Source: a virus
Taxonomy: Duplodnaviria; Caudoviricetes
Reading direction: 5' to 3' (one strand)
DNA length: 64,000 nucleotides
IMG/VR virus record: IMGVR_UViG_3300005670_000019
Shown: positions 1-10,497 of the stretch, piece by piece
Numbering within the stretch: position 1 is the stretch's first letter
Layout of the letters: each line of letters opens with the position of its first letter
The notes under the pieces: generated by a model
Databases searched by the model: none
Seen by the model: the letters and a program-made list of their open reading frames with translations, nothing else
Told to the model about the DNA's origin: nothing
Made by a program: the position numbers and the translations under genes

Positions 1-634
1 GGAACCTGTCATTTCCAAGAATACGGAAATGAGTAACTTGCCAGTTCTCCAAAATCTTTCCTCCATGAGTCAACCATTTGAAGCGGACGGCGTATGGATC
101 TTCTGGATCATATCCTTCCACTCTTTCAACTTGGTCAACAGGAATCGGAACAACGTTGATTATACCATGTTCTGGAATGATTTCATTGTAAAGAAAGAAA
201 TCTCCGAACTTACAGAGATTTCTTACCCATGGTCTGAGATTGAATTCAACATTGATGATATCATAAAAAAGTTCATCTAAGGTTTTCTTGATTTCACTAT
301 TTTCACTAAAGATATGAAGACTTCTGCCTCTATCATCAACAGATGAGATTTCGTCTGCATAAATGTTCAAAGCAGTAGCAATCTCAGCAGTGTTTTCCAT
401 TTCAACGAATTCACTGTAACGAGCGAAACGATCAATCATTCCATAAGAACCAAGAACTGAGAATGGAGAAGCCTCTCTTCCAAATGGTGCTCCTGCTCTG
501 TATCCAATGTTGTTTCGAAGGATGTCATTATCGAACATAGCCTTGGTATCGATGTTCTTGATTTTTCTTGTAATCGACGGACCAGATCGAAATAACTTTG
601 TCAGTCTCTTGTAGAAGTCTTTAGGATTTGCCAT
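1..634 (-). CDS. Portal protein (T4 gp20-like), N-terminal part; runs off the window edge
   Basis: Not in the ORF track. Manual translation from ATG 634 gives MANPKDFYKRL...RYSEFVEMENTAEIATALNIYADE...WVRNLCKFGDFFLY...ENWQVTHFRILGNDRF, motifs typical of gp20-like portals. Confidence 0.85.
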   Translation of the reverse strand, partial: MANPKDFYKRLTKLFRSGPSITRKIKNIDTKAMFDNDILRNNIGYRAGAPFGREASPFSVLGSYGMIDRFARYSEFVEMENTAEIATALNIYADEISSVDDRGRSLHIFSENSEIKKTLDELFYDIINVEFNLRPWVRNLCKFGDFFLYNEIIPEHGIINVVPIPVDQVERVEGYDPEDPYAVRFKWLTHGGKILENWQVTHFRILGNDRF

Positions 635-740
635 AATGAATACTGTCTAAATAGTCCTTGCTCTTGAGCATAGACTGTAGTCTCTCTAATTGGTTATGTT
701 CCACTGAATATCAGAACATATTCAACACATAATTACTCAT

Positions 741-1139
741 ATGTCTAACATTCTGTCTCAAAACCAAAAAGACCGGATTATCTACGTTTCATCATTTGTT
801 CAAAACACAACAGATGATTGGGTTCGTGTCAAAACTGAAATTGTCAAACTATTTCCCCCAAAAGAAAGAAAACTCTTTACAAGAAGACATTACAGTACAA
901 AAAAACATAGTATCAATGATTTTGAAAAAGAAGTAATCAAGTTTTGGAAGTCACAAACAGGAATTGAACTTGTTCTCGCCGAGGAAGATAAACATCCGGA
1001 AGATTGGATCAGAAGACCTTCTGGTTGGGGATTACAAATCATCAATGAACAGAGGAAGCTATTTAGCAAAGGGAAGTCAAATGTCAAAAAAAGAAAAAGA
1101 AAAAAAGCTAAAAGAAAAGCTTCTCGAAGCAATCATTGA
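741..1139 (+). CDS. Hypothetical protein with basic C-terminus
   Basis: ORF track; divergent from the portal gene. Confidence 0.6.
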   Translation: MSNILSQNQKDRIIYVSSFVQNTTDDWVRVKTEIVKLFPPKERKLFTRRHYSTKKHSINDFEKEVIKFWKSQTGIELVLAEEDKHPEDWIRRPSGWGLQIINEQRKLFSKGKSNVKKRKRKKAKRKASRSNH

Positions 1140-2124
1140 AGAAAGTATTGATCAAGTTCTTCGTGAAGAAGAAAGTCTTCTTGGAGGCTTCCTTTCTCCT
1201 TTTGCAGATGTGATGCGCTCTGCTGCATGGGGCGTTGAGAGTCTCGGAGCAAAAACAACAAACGCAATCAAATCAACCTTTGATGAACTTCGTGGTTTGA
1301 TGATTCCGGGTGTTGAATATGATTGGGAAAAATTCAAAAATGATGAAAAGGCTTTGATGGGAAACATCGACGCAAAATACCAAGACATTATTCAAAAGAA
1401 TATGGAAGCATTGAAAAACTCTGACCTTCCCCTTTTCATGTTCGCACTTGATCCGACTTCAACAATTTCTTACAAGATAGCACCCAAAGCACCTTCAGCA
1501 GCTCTTGCTCTTGCTGAACCAATCGTTGGTGCCGTTTCTCCTAAAGCAGGAGCCGCTGTAGGGCGTTGGAAGAATTGGTGGACCAAGGCTGCGAAGAATT
1601 TTTCTTTGGGCGGTGGAAAGGCTGCTACGGTTTCTGGAGATGGTAGCTATGACATGTCTGCTGACGTTGCTCTAGGTTCGATTGGGGAGGGAAAGATTTT
1701 TGAACAACAAGCTCCTCAACCTCAACCTACAACACAAAAACAACCACCAAATCTAAACCAACTTCTTCAAAATCCTGACTTTGTCAAAGCAATGAACTCT
1801 AGTCCCATTACAAAACAAATGAGACAAGGAGCTCTTGATGCTCTTGTGAAAAGAATTGAAGCTGTTATGAAAGCTGACAGTCTTCAAACAATGCAAAAGA
1901 TTGTTGGACCCGAATTGGCTTCAAAAATACAAACAATAATTGATAAACAAGATAAAACTATTTCAAAAGAAGAACAAGCAAAACTTGACCAAGCTTCAAT
2001 GAAAGAAATTCAAAATGTTTTCAAAGCTGTTTATTTGAAACAGTTGAACGACCTTTCTCAAAAACTTCCAAACGCAAAAAATGACATTTTGAATACAATT
2101 AAACGCATTTCTGCTCTAAAGTAA
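1081..2124 (+). CDS. Hypothetical protein, possibly virion-associated
   Basis: Long ORF; ATG 1081 preferred over the track start at 964. Confidence 0.6.
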   Translation: MSKKEKEKKLKEKLLEAIIEESIDQVLREEESLLGGFLSPFADVMRSAAWGVESLGAKTTNAIKSTFDELRGLMIPGVEYDWEKFKNDEKALMGNIDAKYQDIIQKNMEALKNSDLPLFMFALDPTSTISYKIAPKAPSAALALAEPIVGAVSPKAGAAVGRWKNWWTKAAKNFSLGGGKAATVSGDGSYDMSADVALGSIGEGKIFEQQAPQPQPTTQKQPPNLNQLLQNPDFVKAMNSSPITKQMRQGALDALVKRIEAVMKADSLQTMQKIVGPELASKIQTIIDKQDKTISKEEQAKLDQASMKEIQNVFKAVYLKQLNDLSQKLPNAKNDILNTIKRISALK

Positions 2125-2157
2125 CAATTTTCAATACAACTTTGGTTATTTTCATCA

Positions 2158-2184
2158 ACCTCCTAAGTGTTTAGGAGGTTTTTT
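2158..2184 (+). terminator. Hairpin plus T-run overlapping the AGGAGG RBS of the next gene
   Basis: AACCTCCTAA-GTGT-TTAGGAGGTT followed by TTTT; ATG at 2186. Confidence 0.55.
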
Positions 2185-2185
2185 C

Positions 2186-2446
2186 ATGACAGATAGACAA
2201 CCAACCGAACTTTCTGAACTAAAAGAAACAGTTCGGGAGTTTATGAAGCGATTGACAAACATTGAGAATGAAATCACGTTGCTCAATGAAGATAAGAAAA
2301 ATTTGGTAGAGGAGTTTTCCGACAAGCTTGATGTGAAAACTCTCAAGCAAGCGATTAGAATGGTAAAGATCAGAGAAAAGGTCGATCACAAAGACGCTTT
2401 CGACGCATTTGTTGACATTCTTGAAAAAGATGATTTGGTAGATTGA
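2186..2446 (+). CDS. GapR/DUF2312-like (T4 DsbA-like) small DNA-binding protein
   Basis: VREFMKRLTNIENEITLLNEDKKNLVEE...LDVKTLKQAIRMVK fits the family pattern; strong RBS. Confidence 0.65.
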   Translation: MTDRQPTELSELKETVREFMKRLTNIENEITLLNEDKKNLVEEFSDKLDVKTLKQAIRMVKIREKVDHKDAFDAFVDILEKDDLVD

Positions 2447-2680
2447 GGTTTGAATGAGTGTAAATGCAACAGTGTTTTATAAAACCCCAGTAGAGGTTTC
2501 CGAGGAAGAAAGAAAGAAGGTTTCTCGCCAACTAAAGAAGGCTGTGAAAAATCTTACCGAAGCTACTCCTGTAGTAATCTTTTTGAGTGGCGATGCTGTA
2601 GGACATGATCCTGGCGTCAAAGTTGTGGTCACACAATATTCGGGTTCAGGAACAATTTTATCCGTTCAGGAGTTTTCTGT

Positions 2681-3121
2681 ATGAGTTTGAAAAAGTTAGA
2701 TAAAGTTCCTGTACTTCTTTACGAGCAATCAATGGACGGTTCTTGGGAAAGTGCTCTTCCTTACATTGAAGTCGGTGTTGATGAAACTATGCCAGAAATG
2801 TTGTTTGTTCAAGAGTACAAACTTACTGGAGAGTTCGAACCAGACATGGAAGGTAACGACTGTCCGCTTTATGATGCTTACATGCACAGTTATGTCAATA
2901 TGACAACCTTGAAGGAAAAACTTTCTCCGAAACTTTATGATGATGTACGTGTTTCTCTTGGATTGAAACCATTGAAAGAAGCCAAGAAAGCCGGACGAGA
3001 AATTTTGAAGGATGTAATCCTTGAAACAGAAAAGAATTTGGCAGATAAGAATTTGAGTGGAAAAGCAAAAGAAATGGTTCAAGATGCTCTTGAACAAGCA
3101 AAAAAAGGATTGAAAAAATGA
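2681..3121 (+). CDS. Hypothetical protein
   Basis: ORF track; start and stop overlap neighbouring genes. Confidence 0.6.
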   Translation: MSLKKLDKVPVLLYEQSMDGSWESALPYIEVGVDETMPEMLFVQEYKLTGEFEPDMEGNDCPLYDAYMHSYVNMTTLKEKLSPKLYDDVRVSLGLKPLKEAKKAGREILKDVILETEKNLADKNLSGKAKEMVQDALEQAKKGLKK

Positions 3122-3321
3122 AGTTACACGAGTCAGTAGTAAAGAAGTTGCTTTATCTCTTTGAGACATATGGCGGACATGAGACAGATCAAAAACTTAG
3201 GAAGATGATCTCTTCTCTTGAGTTCACTGTATATGAAAGAAAAACAACTTCAAATAATGAAAATGTACTTGTTCTAACAGAGGACTACATTTCTGAGCTT
3301 CAAAATCGTCGTAGGTGATAA

Positions 3322-3876
3322 ATGCCTTTGAAAAAGCTAAATGTTGGACAAGTTGTCTACATTCTTTCAAATAAGGCACAAGCCGTTCTCCCTGCTCTTG
3401 TCATCAAAGAACATAGAACAATCCACCTTGATGCAGAAGAAGTAACTTGGACAGTTCAATACGGACCTCCAGGGAAACAAAGAGTAATCGAGTCACACAA
3501 AGTTGATGGAGAACTCTTTGGAACTCTCGAAGAGGTTCGTGACGTAATGAACCTAAGATTTCAGGAATTCGTTCAAAGTTTGATTGAGAATGCAGCTTCT
3601 TTGCAAAATAAATGGTATCCAAAAACACCATCAGCACGAAGCCAAAATTCAACAACAGACAGGCTTGATCCAGAGGCTATGATTCAAGAGATTGAGGGCA
3701 CTTCTCCACCACAGTCTCATCCAGTTCAACGTCCGATGCCAAACCCAAAAAGGCAAAGGATTTTTGATAGAGAAGAGTTGAAACAAGCTCTTCAAGCTGA
3801 CGATGATTTTGATGGCGAGTTTGAAGAAAACGAAAAAATGAAACTAAGACCTGATGGGTCAATTGAAGTGGAGTGA
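3322..3876 (+). CDS. Hypothetical protein
   Basis: ORF track; AGGTGA RBS. Confidence 0.6.
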   Translation: MPLKKLNVGQVVYILSNKAQAVLPALVIKEHRTIHLDAEEVTWTVQYGPPGKQRVIESHKVDGELFGTLEEVRDVMNLRFQEFVQSLIENAASLQNKWYPKTPSARSQNSTTDRLDPEAMIQEIEGTSPPQSHPVQRPMPNPKRQRIFDREELKQALQADDDFDGEFEENEKMKLRPDGSIEVE

Positions 3877-3883
3877 ACAAGTA

Positions 3884-5599
3884 ATGAAAAAGAAAGTTGT
3901 TTTTGGGCATGAAGGTCATAAAAAGCTTCTAGATGGAGCCACCATTCTTGCTCAAGCTGTAAGATCAACCATGGGTCCATCAGGTCATAATGTCATTATT
4001 GACAATGAAAATGGTTCTCCTTACATCACAAAAGATGGAGTCACCGTTGCTCGTTCAATCAAATTAAAAGACAAGCTCGAAAGTGTTGGTGCTGAACTTA
4101 TAAAAGAGGTCGCTTCCAAAACAAATGAGATGGCAGGAGATGGAACAACTTCATCAACTGTTTTAGCTCATTCCATTCTAGAGAATGGATTCAAACAAAT
4201 GTCTTCAGGACGTTCAGCTATTGAATTGAAAAAAGGAATCGACCTGGCAAAAGAAGAGGCTCTGTCATTTTTGATGGGATCAGCTATCAAATGTCGTGAT
4301 GCAAAAGATATCAAAAACGTTGGAACCATTTCTGCAAATGGTGATGATGAAATCGGAAAACTCTTAGCTGAAGCAATCACTTCAGTTGGACCAAATGGAC
4401 TAGTTTCAATTGAGTTAGCTAAATCAACTCATACAACACTTGATTTGGCTGAGGGAATGCAAGTTGATGCCGGATATTGTTCTCCATATTTTGTAACAAA
4501 CGCTGAAAAGAGCGTTTGTGAATTTGAGAATCCTTACGTACTGCTTACAACCAACAACATTTCAGCAAACAAAGACATTGTTTCAATCCTTGAAAGAATT
4601 CTTGAAACAGATCGACCTGTTGTGATCTTTGCTGATAGTGTTGAGGGTGAGGCTCTTCACACTTTGATTGCAAATAAGATGAAGGGCATTCTAAAAGTGT
4701 GTGCAGTGAAGACTCCAAGTTATGGAGAATATCGTATTGATATTCTCAATGACATTAGAAGTCTTACTGGTGGCGAAGTCATTGGTTCTGCCTCAACAAC
4801 TTCATTGGCAAATATGAAACTTGAACATCTTGGCTCTGCCAAGAAGATTGTTGTTGGAAAAAATGGAACAACTTTCATTGCTCACGACGACAAGGCAGAT
4901 AGTGTAAAAGAACGTGTTGATTTGCTCCGAACACAACTCGACAATCCAAATCTTGATGAATTGAGTTTGAACAAACTTCGTTCAAGACTTGCAAAGTTAT
5001 CAGGTGGTGTGGCTGTTATTCGAGTTGGCGGCTCTACAGAAGTTGAAATCTTGGAAAAGAAAGACCGAGTAGAGGATGCAGTGAATGCAACACAAGCTGC
5101 TGCGCAAGAAGGAATAGTTTCCGGAGGTGGATGTGCTTTGTTTTATACGGCTCAACATCTAAAGAAATATCCTGCTCTGTTGAGAAATTTGGGAAAGAAT
5201 GATGATTTGATTGCTGGAGTTGAAATCGTCATTTCTGCATGTGAGGCTCCAATGAAACAGATTGTTGAAAACACCGGAGCTTCATTTGAGATCGTAAAAC
5301 ACAATCTTATTGAGAATCAAAAGAAATATGTTTGGCTTGATACAACACATGCAGCTACAGTTGAAAAGCTTCTTGCTGTAAAAGATGCAGACAAAATTCT
5401 TGATTCAGAGAAAGATGCAATTACTGCTTCAATGCGTTATGGATATGATGCAGCAACTCATAAGTTTGTCGATATGATTGATGTTGGGATTATCGATCCG
5501 GTCAAAGTTACAAGATATGCTTTAGAACATGCCGCCTCAATTGTCGGTTTGATGCTTACTTGTAACTCAATAATTGTAAGTGAAGAAGAGGAAGAGTGA
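3884..5599 (+). CDS. groEL: Phage chaperonin GroEL (Cpn60)
   Basis: [46 protein letters not shown] and [10 protein letters not shown] motifs; no GGM tail. Confidence 0.97.
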   Translation: MKKKVVFGHEGHKKLLDGATILAQAVRSTMGPSGHNVIIDNENGSPYITKDGVTVARSIKLKDKLESVGAELIKEVASKTNEMAGDGTTSSTVLAHSILENGFKQMSSGRSAIELKKGIDLAKEEALSFLMGSAIKCRDAKDIKNVGTISANGDDEIGKLLAEAITSVGPNGLVSIELAKSTHTTLDLAEGMQVDAGYCSPYFVTNAEKSVCEFENPYVLLTTNNISANKDIVSILERILETDRPVVIFADSVEGEALHTLIANKMKGILKVCAVKTPSYGEYRIDILNDIRSLTGGEVIGSASTTSLANMKLEHLGSAKKIVVGKNGTTFIAHDDKADSVKERVDLLRTQLDNPNLDELSLNKLRSRLAKLSGGVAVIRVGGSTEVEILEKKDRVEDAVNATQAAAQEGIVSGGGCALFYTAQHLKKYPALLRNLGKNDDLIAGVEIVISACEAPMKQIVENTGASFEIVKHNLIENQKKYVWLDTTHAATVEKLLAVKDADKILDSEKDAITASMRYGYDAATHKFVDMIDVGIIDPVKVTRYALEHAASIVGLMLTCNSIIVSEEEEE

Positions 5600-5602
5600 A
5601 GT

Positions 5603-5938
5603 ATGGCAAAAGGTGACGTCATAAAAGTTCATCAATTTGATGAGGGTAAAAATGTTGCAGTGTTTGAACCAATTTTAGATCCAACACGCCCTGGTTATTA
5701 CATAACCGATGCAAAGAACAATGTTCTTGTTCGTCCTGTCGGTGGAGTGAAGCCTGGAAGTCTTGGAAAGATTGACGGAGATGGAATTAAGGTTCCTGCT
5801 GGAGCGATTGGTATAAAAAATCAATTAGGACTTGGAAATGACAGTATCATGATTTATCCGGTCTTTTTTGATGAATATCAAAAAGTTGCCTGGTTGTCCG
5901 CTGATAGTTTTCGAATTGTTGAAGGTGGTTCTTTCTGA
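5603..5938 (+). CDS. Hypothetical protein directly after groEL
   Basis: 111 aa, beta-rich, starts 3 nt after the groEL stop. Confidence 0.6.
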   Translation: MAKGDVIKVHQFDEGKNVAVFEPILDPTRPGYYITDAKNNVLVRPVGGVKPGSLGKIDGDGIKVPAGAIGIKNQLGLGNDSIMIYPVFFDEYQKVAWLSADSFRIVEGGSF

Positions 5939-5972
5939 GTTTGCTAATTAAGCGTGAAATCTGGAGAAACTA

Positions 5973-6386
5973 ATGTCAAGAGGTCCTTTCAACTATCCTT
6001 CAAGTGGTCCAAACAATGTAGCTGAATATCAAGCTTCGGGACTTCCATATGTCACGCAATCCGCAGCTTCAACAACCATTTCATCAATTGAATTTCCATA
6101 TGTAACAAACTTCTTCACAGTGAAGAATTTGAGCGCAGGAGTAATTGAGTTTGGATTTACAACGGCAGGCTTACAGGGCACAAATAAAATCACTGTCTTT
6201 CCATCTTCCAGTCAAACATTTGACATTAGATGCAAGACTTTGTTTGTTCGATCACCGAGTTCAGCCACCTATGAAGTTGTTGCTGGATTGACAACCATCC
6301 CACGTGAAAGGTTTCCATTCCTAACGCAGTCCTTGCACTATAACAGTGCTTCCCTTGAAGGAACATTTGGATATCCGGGCATTTGA
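5973..6386 (+). CDS. Putative virion structural protein
   Basis: Ser/Thr/Gly-rich beta protein; GGAG RBS; CTAATTA motif upstream. Confidence 0.5.
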   Translation: MSRGPFNYPSSGPNNVAEYQASGLPYVTQSAASTTISSIEFPYVTNFFTVKNLSAGVIEFGFTTAGLQGTNKITVFPSSSQTFDIRCKTLFVRSPSSATYEVVAGLTTIPRERFPFLTQSLHYNSASLEGTFGYPGI

Positions 6387-6406
6387 ACATTCAATAGATA
6401 AATGAG

Positions 6407-6431
6407 AAAAAGGAGCCGAATGGCTCCTTTT
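6407..6431. terminator. Bidirectional intrinsic terminator
   Basis: AAAAAGGAGCC-GAAT-GGCTCCTTTT between convergent genes. Confidence 0.85.
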
Positions 6432-7117
6432 CTTTTTGGTTGTTTGTGATGTGTTTGTGAATTATTGTCCGTCTACAAAAGACCTAATACAGCTTGCAAT
6501 CGCATCAAAAGTCTTTTCAGCTTCCTCTCGAAGTTTCCTATTTGCAAGAACCTTGTAAGGATTGGAGTCAATCCTTGTAAAGACCTCCAAAGAAAGTTCA
6601 TAGAGTTCATCCACGACTTCTTCCAAAGTTCCCTCCATTTCAAAAACATTCAAAGCCCTGTTTTTTAGGTCAGCAAAGAAAGGCAATGGAAGATCGGGGT
6701 TCTCAAACTCTTTGAGAGCAGCCGCATTTGAAGCAAGAACCGTATTCAAGTTCTTTCCAATCGAAGTAACTTCTTTCAACTTCATATGAATTTGTTTTTG
6801 TGTTACCGGATCATAGGCATAAATCGTATCAGTAATTTTCATTTTTCCCTCTCAAACTTTTGAGAAATTTGGCAAACCACAAAGGATATATCAAAGTCGC
6901 TTCAAGTCCAAAGATGCGAAAGTAGAGTGCGTCCTTGTCGAGGTAGCCATCAACAGACCAATAGTTTTCGTCAACAAATTCATCCCATGCCCACTTTCGA
7001 ATGATTGTAATCAAACTTCCACCTGGAAGGTGCTGACAGAGAATGTACCCATTCTTTTTCTTCCATTCCTTGAGTTCGAGCTTTTCTTCATCACTCTCCA
7101 AATCATCAAAATCGTAT

Positions 7118-7726
7118 TCAAAGGGCATCGCATTTCTCCCCATAAAGATTTTTCACGTGCGCTTTCCAGTCATTGCTTTTGTGTTTGAACATCAAAAGTG
7201 GTTTCTGTCTTCCTCCGAAGGCTTTTCCAACAATTCCTTCATAGGTCATTCCAGAAATTTTCCTTTCTTCAACATCACGAAGGAAAATTTGGTTCACAAA
7301 ACCATGATGGATCAAGGTTGGAGTTAGAACTTGTCCGGAAAAAGTCTTCAAAAACTCTTTAGGATCAAGCATTCCCTGCTTGAAAACGTCAACATCCAAA
7401 AGATAAACTCTCTTGTTATCTTCGTTTCCTTCTTCGTGAACCCCAGCAAAAGAATTGTCCCCAAAGAATTCAAAAAACAATGTGCATTGTTGAATTCGTA
7501 GATCATTCAGACACTTCTCAAGTTTTGAACTTTGAGCAAGAATAAGTTCTTTTGCTAAAGCAACAGCACTACTCTCACTCAAAAGAACTTTCCTCGATCC
7601 GAACTTATGAAAACCTTTCTTTCGGTCCCATTCAGCTCGAATATTAGAACCATCAATTTTGTCAAAGACATAATATGGTCTAGAAGTATCAAAACCGTCT
7701 ACTTGAATAGATGGATATTGTTTCAT
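7118..7726 (-). CDS. RNA ligase-like nucleotidyltransferase (Rnl2-type core)
   Basis: Motif I DKIDGSN, FFEF, EGIV and FKHK. Confidence 0.75.
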   Translation of the reverse strand: MKQYPSIQVDGFDTSRPYYVFDKIDGSNIRAEWDRKKGFHKFGSRKVLLSESSAVALAKELILAQSSKLEKCLNDLRIQQCTLFFEFFGDNSFAGVHEEGNEDNKRVYLLDVDVFKQGMLDPKEFLKTFSGQVLTPTLIHHGFVNQIFLRDVEERKISGMTYEGIVGKAFGGRQKPLLMFKHKSNDWKAHVKNLYGEKCDAL

Positions 7727-8241
7727 AGTTTTCTTTCTTTTTTCAGTCTCCAATCATACAAAGCCATGCCAACTGCCACAGCCAGATTGAAGTCATTGTG
7801 CAAGCCCCACATTGGAATATAGACAATGTCTGCGGCTTTTTCAAGAAGATGCTGAGGAATCCCTTCCTTTTCGCATCCGAATAACAGAATAGGGTCCTGT
7901 GGATATTGGAAATACTGTAGGTCTTTGCCATCAAGTCCTTCTCGCTTCTCAAAAGCAATGATAGGACGCTTATCAGCAAGCCTCAAAAATTCTTCGGAAT
8001 TGACCTTGAACAAGTTTTCCCATTTATGGGTTCCCATTGTTGCCTTCTTGTAAAATCCGCCCGGAATATCAACAAGAAATATTTCCTTCGCTAAGAAGGA
8101 ATGGGAAGTTCTAATGATAGAACCCATATTGAAGTAGTTTGTACTTCCCCACACAGCCACAGAGAAGGGCATTCTTACTTCATTCAAGGTTTCTCGAATT
8201 TCTTCTTTTGAAAGTCCGTCTAAGGTCGGTGCCTGTGTCAT
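7723..8241 (-). CDS. SpoU/TrmH-family RNA 2'-O-methyltransferase
   Basis: NMGSIIRT, LFGCEKEGI, IPMWG and NLAVAVGMALY SPOUT motifs. Confidence 0.88.
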   Translation of the reverse strand: MTQAPTLDGLSKEEIRETLNEVRMPFSVAVWGSTNYFNMGSIIRTSHSFLAKEIFLVDIPGGFYKKATMGTHKWENLFKVNSEEFLRLADKRPIIAFEKREGLDGKDLQYFQYPQDPILLFGCEKEGIPQHLLEKAADIVYIPMWGLHNDFNLAVAVGMALYDWRLKKERKL

Positions 8242-8618
8242 TTTACTTCCAGAATTTGACCCCTCAAAGAGAAAGGATCAGAAATAGGTTGCCAATTTGT
8301 AAGTTCATTGCTGTGAAATGGTTTTCCTCCACCATTTCGATTCACAGCAATTGTGATATGCTTTATCTTGTTTGTTGAGGGAGTTACTCCCTCAACTCCG
8401 ACAGCAAGAACCCTGTCGTCTATTGCCCAGGAAGAAACTATAAGAGTTTCAAATGTCCCCACAGCTTTTGGAAAACGAGCAAGAGGACCATTGGAAATAT
8501 TTCCAATGTTAATTGTCATATGATGAGCAATAACCTCCCAACCCTCGGGGATAAGATGCTTCATCTTTTCGACAAGTTTTAGATGAGACTTATCGTTTAG
8601 AACCAACGCTGTGTACAT
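8238..8618 (-). CDS. 2H phosphoesterase (tRNA-ligase CPDase-like)
   Basis: Two HxT motifs (HMT and HIT). Confidence 0.7.
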   Translation of the reverse strand: MYTALVLNDKSHLKLVEKMKHLIPEGWEVIAHHMTINIGNISNGPLARFPKAVGTFETLIVSSWAIDDRVLAVGVEGVTPSTNKIKHITIAVNRNGGGKPFHSNELTNWQPISDPFSLRGQILEVK

Positions 8619-8638
8619 TCCAATTCCTCTCTCAAAAG

Positions 8639-8667
8639 ATTATGGCACATTCCTGATGGATTTTCAA
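8639..8667 (-). promoter_or_regulatory. Sigma70-type promoter
   Basis: TTGAAA-N17-CATAAT with extended TG. Confidence 0.75.
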
Positions 8668-8700
8668 GAAATGTGCCATGGTTGGTTGATTATGGTGTGA

Positions 8701-9387
8701 TCAATCGCAGTAAAGACTGCGAAGAAGTTTTCTGTCATTATCTGTCATACGCATTGTACCAACAGAATTGTCTGTGATTTCTGGAAACATCAGAGACATT
8801 TCAAAATCATCATGTCCAAGTCCAAGAACATGTCCAAGTTCATGCTCTAAAGTAAGAGCCATCAAATCAATTGTTGGAACCCCATAAAGAGTTAGAGAAG
8901 CTTTTTGTTCTCCATCTTCAAGAAAGTGGGTGACGCTTCCACCCTCACCGTGACCTTCACCAACAGGAATTGCGCCCTCAAGATTTACGAAAACGCGAGC
9001 TTCTGCTCTTTTGGTTGTTTCACGAAGAACTGTGCATCCAACTTGACTGTTTGTATTTCTTACAGCAACACTCAAAGCACGACGTCTATCTCTGTTTCCA
9101 TTTTCAGCAAAGACAGGAAGAGGCAATGTATCCATTGTCCAAAGAATATCTTCACCCTCTGTTTGAGAATAACTTACAACACGGTCGCCAGACCATGTTG
9201 CTTTCAACAATCCAACTTCTTCATGTTTGAGGATGCCAAGAACAACAAAGAAAAGAGCCAGAACAGTCATTGCGATGACAATTCCAACCATTACTCGGTA
9301 AGACTTTACACTCTTTTTTTCTTCTTTGGTCTTCACTTTTGGTTCAAGTCCCAGGCGGTCTTCTAAATCTTTCATGTCTTTGATCAT
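8701..9387 (-). CDS. Membrane-anchored metzincin (matrixin/M10-like) protease
   Basis: HELGHVLGLGH, Met-turn SLMFP and an N-terminal TM helix. Confidence 0.85.
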   Translation of the reverse strand: MIKDMKDLEDRLGLEPKVKTKEEKKSVKSYRVMVGIVIAMTVLALFFVVLGILKHEEVGLLKATWSGDRVVSYSQTEGEDILWTMDTLPLPVFAENGNRDRRRALSVAVRNTNSQVGCTVLRETTKRAEARVFVNLEGAIPVGEGHGEGGSVTHFLEDGEQKASLTLYGVPTIDLMALTLEHELGHVLGLGHDDFEMSLMFPEITDNSVGTMRMTDNDRKLLRSLYCD

Positions 9388-9651
9388 GACAGTAAGTATG
9401 TCATGAAGAAACTATGAATGATCATTCTTCTGAAAGATTTGCTTCCAACTTATCAAGCTCTTGATGAAAGAGCTCAAGTTCTTCAAATCCATGTTCAATT
9501 TCGCACTCAATCCAAAGAAGATAAAGATCATCCTTCCTTAGATTGAAATCCGGACAAATATAATCCGGGCTTTGATCTTTCATTGGAGCGAACCATTCTT
9601 CACTTGTCACCCCATTTTTGATCAAAGCCAAAATTACTTTTGCTGGTTCCG

Positions 9652-10101
9652 TTAGATGTTCGTCTTTTTCCATAGATCCATCACGCCAGTGAGGTATACA
9701 AAAGATTTGTTGTACTTCATGAGACGAGCGTGGTCCTTCTCGGACAGACCCTTCAAGCGAGTAATGTCGCTGTTGTCTCGAAGGTCCTCCAACTTTACCA
9801 AGGTTGCATCCCGACTGGTTCCAATCTTTCGGATGTAGACCTCGTAACTATCACCCTTCTTGTGGGTGAGGAGGTCAAGAGCATCAGTCACGCGAGAAGA
9901 AAATCCCATCTTGGTCAGGTCTTCGAGCGTAACATCACTATCCTCCACAACGTCATGGAGTACAGCAATACTCATGAGTTCTTCATCATCCGAGCGAAGG
10001 CGCATCATTAGACGCAAAGGATGAAGGATGTAAGGCTTCCCGCCCTTATCCCTCTGGTTTTCATGAACCTTCGAAGCTAGAGCAATGGCAGTACCAAGCA
10101 T
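9652..10101 (-). CDS. RelA/SpoT-type HD hydrolase (small alarmone hydrolase-like)
   Basis: HENQRDKGGKPYILHP, LHDVVED and VKLEDLRDN. Confidence 0.85.
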   Translation of the reverse strand: MLGTAIALASKVHENQRDKGGKPYILHPLRLMMRLRSDDEELMSIAVLHDVVEDSDVTLEDLTKMGFSSRVTDALDLLTHKKGDSYEVYIRKIGTSRDATLVKLEDLRDNSDITRLKGLSEKDHARLMKYNKSFVYLTGVMDLWKKTNI

Positions 10102-10113
10102 GACAGTTTCCTT

Positions 10114-10497
10114 TCACGAAATCATCGTTGCGATAGCGCAAGCGAGTTTCCAACCATCTTCGGTCGGTTCGAATCGAGCAATGGGAGAACGAAACTTTCC
10201 ACCCTTTGCAAAGTGAGGGTCGACCAACTTTTGCCCAAGCAACTTGCTGATCGTCAGGTTCTTATAGACCATGATCTTTCGTCCCTCGTAATTCGTGCAG
10301 TCTGGATACTTCAACTCAACGACCAGATTCTTTCCGATCTGGTGAGAACGAAGCACCTCGTAGTTCGAGGGGTTTGGATTTCCCGAAACCACACGAGGTT
10401 CCTGTGGAATCGCAACGTAAACTGTCCGAGTCGGCGGAGCCGAAGGGGCATAGTCGAAGTCGTCGCCACGCGTACTCTTGAAAGGTCCGATACCCAT
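10114..10497 (-). CDS. Hypothetical phage protein
   Basis: ORF track; AGGAG RBS; promoter upstream. Confidence 0.6.
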   Translation of the reverse strand: MGIGPFKSTRGDDFDYAPSAPPTRTVYVAIPQEPRVVSGNPNPSNYEVLRSHQIGKNLVVELKYPDCTNYEGRKIMVYKNLTISKLLGQKLVDPHFAKGGKFRSPIARFEPTEDGWKLACAIATMIS

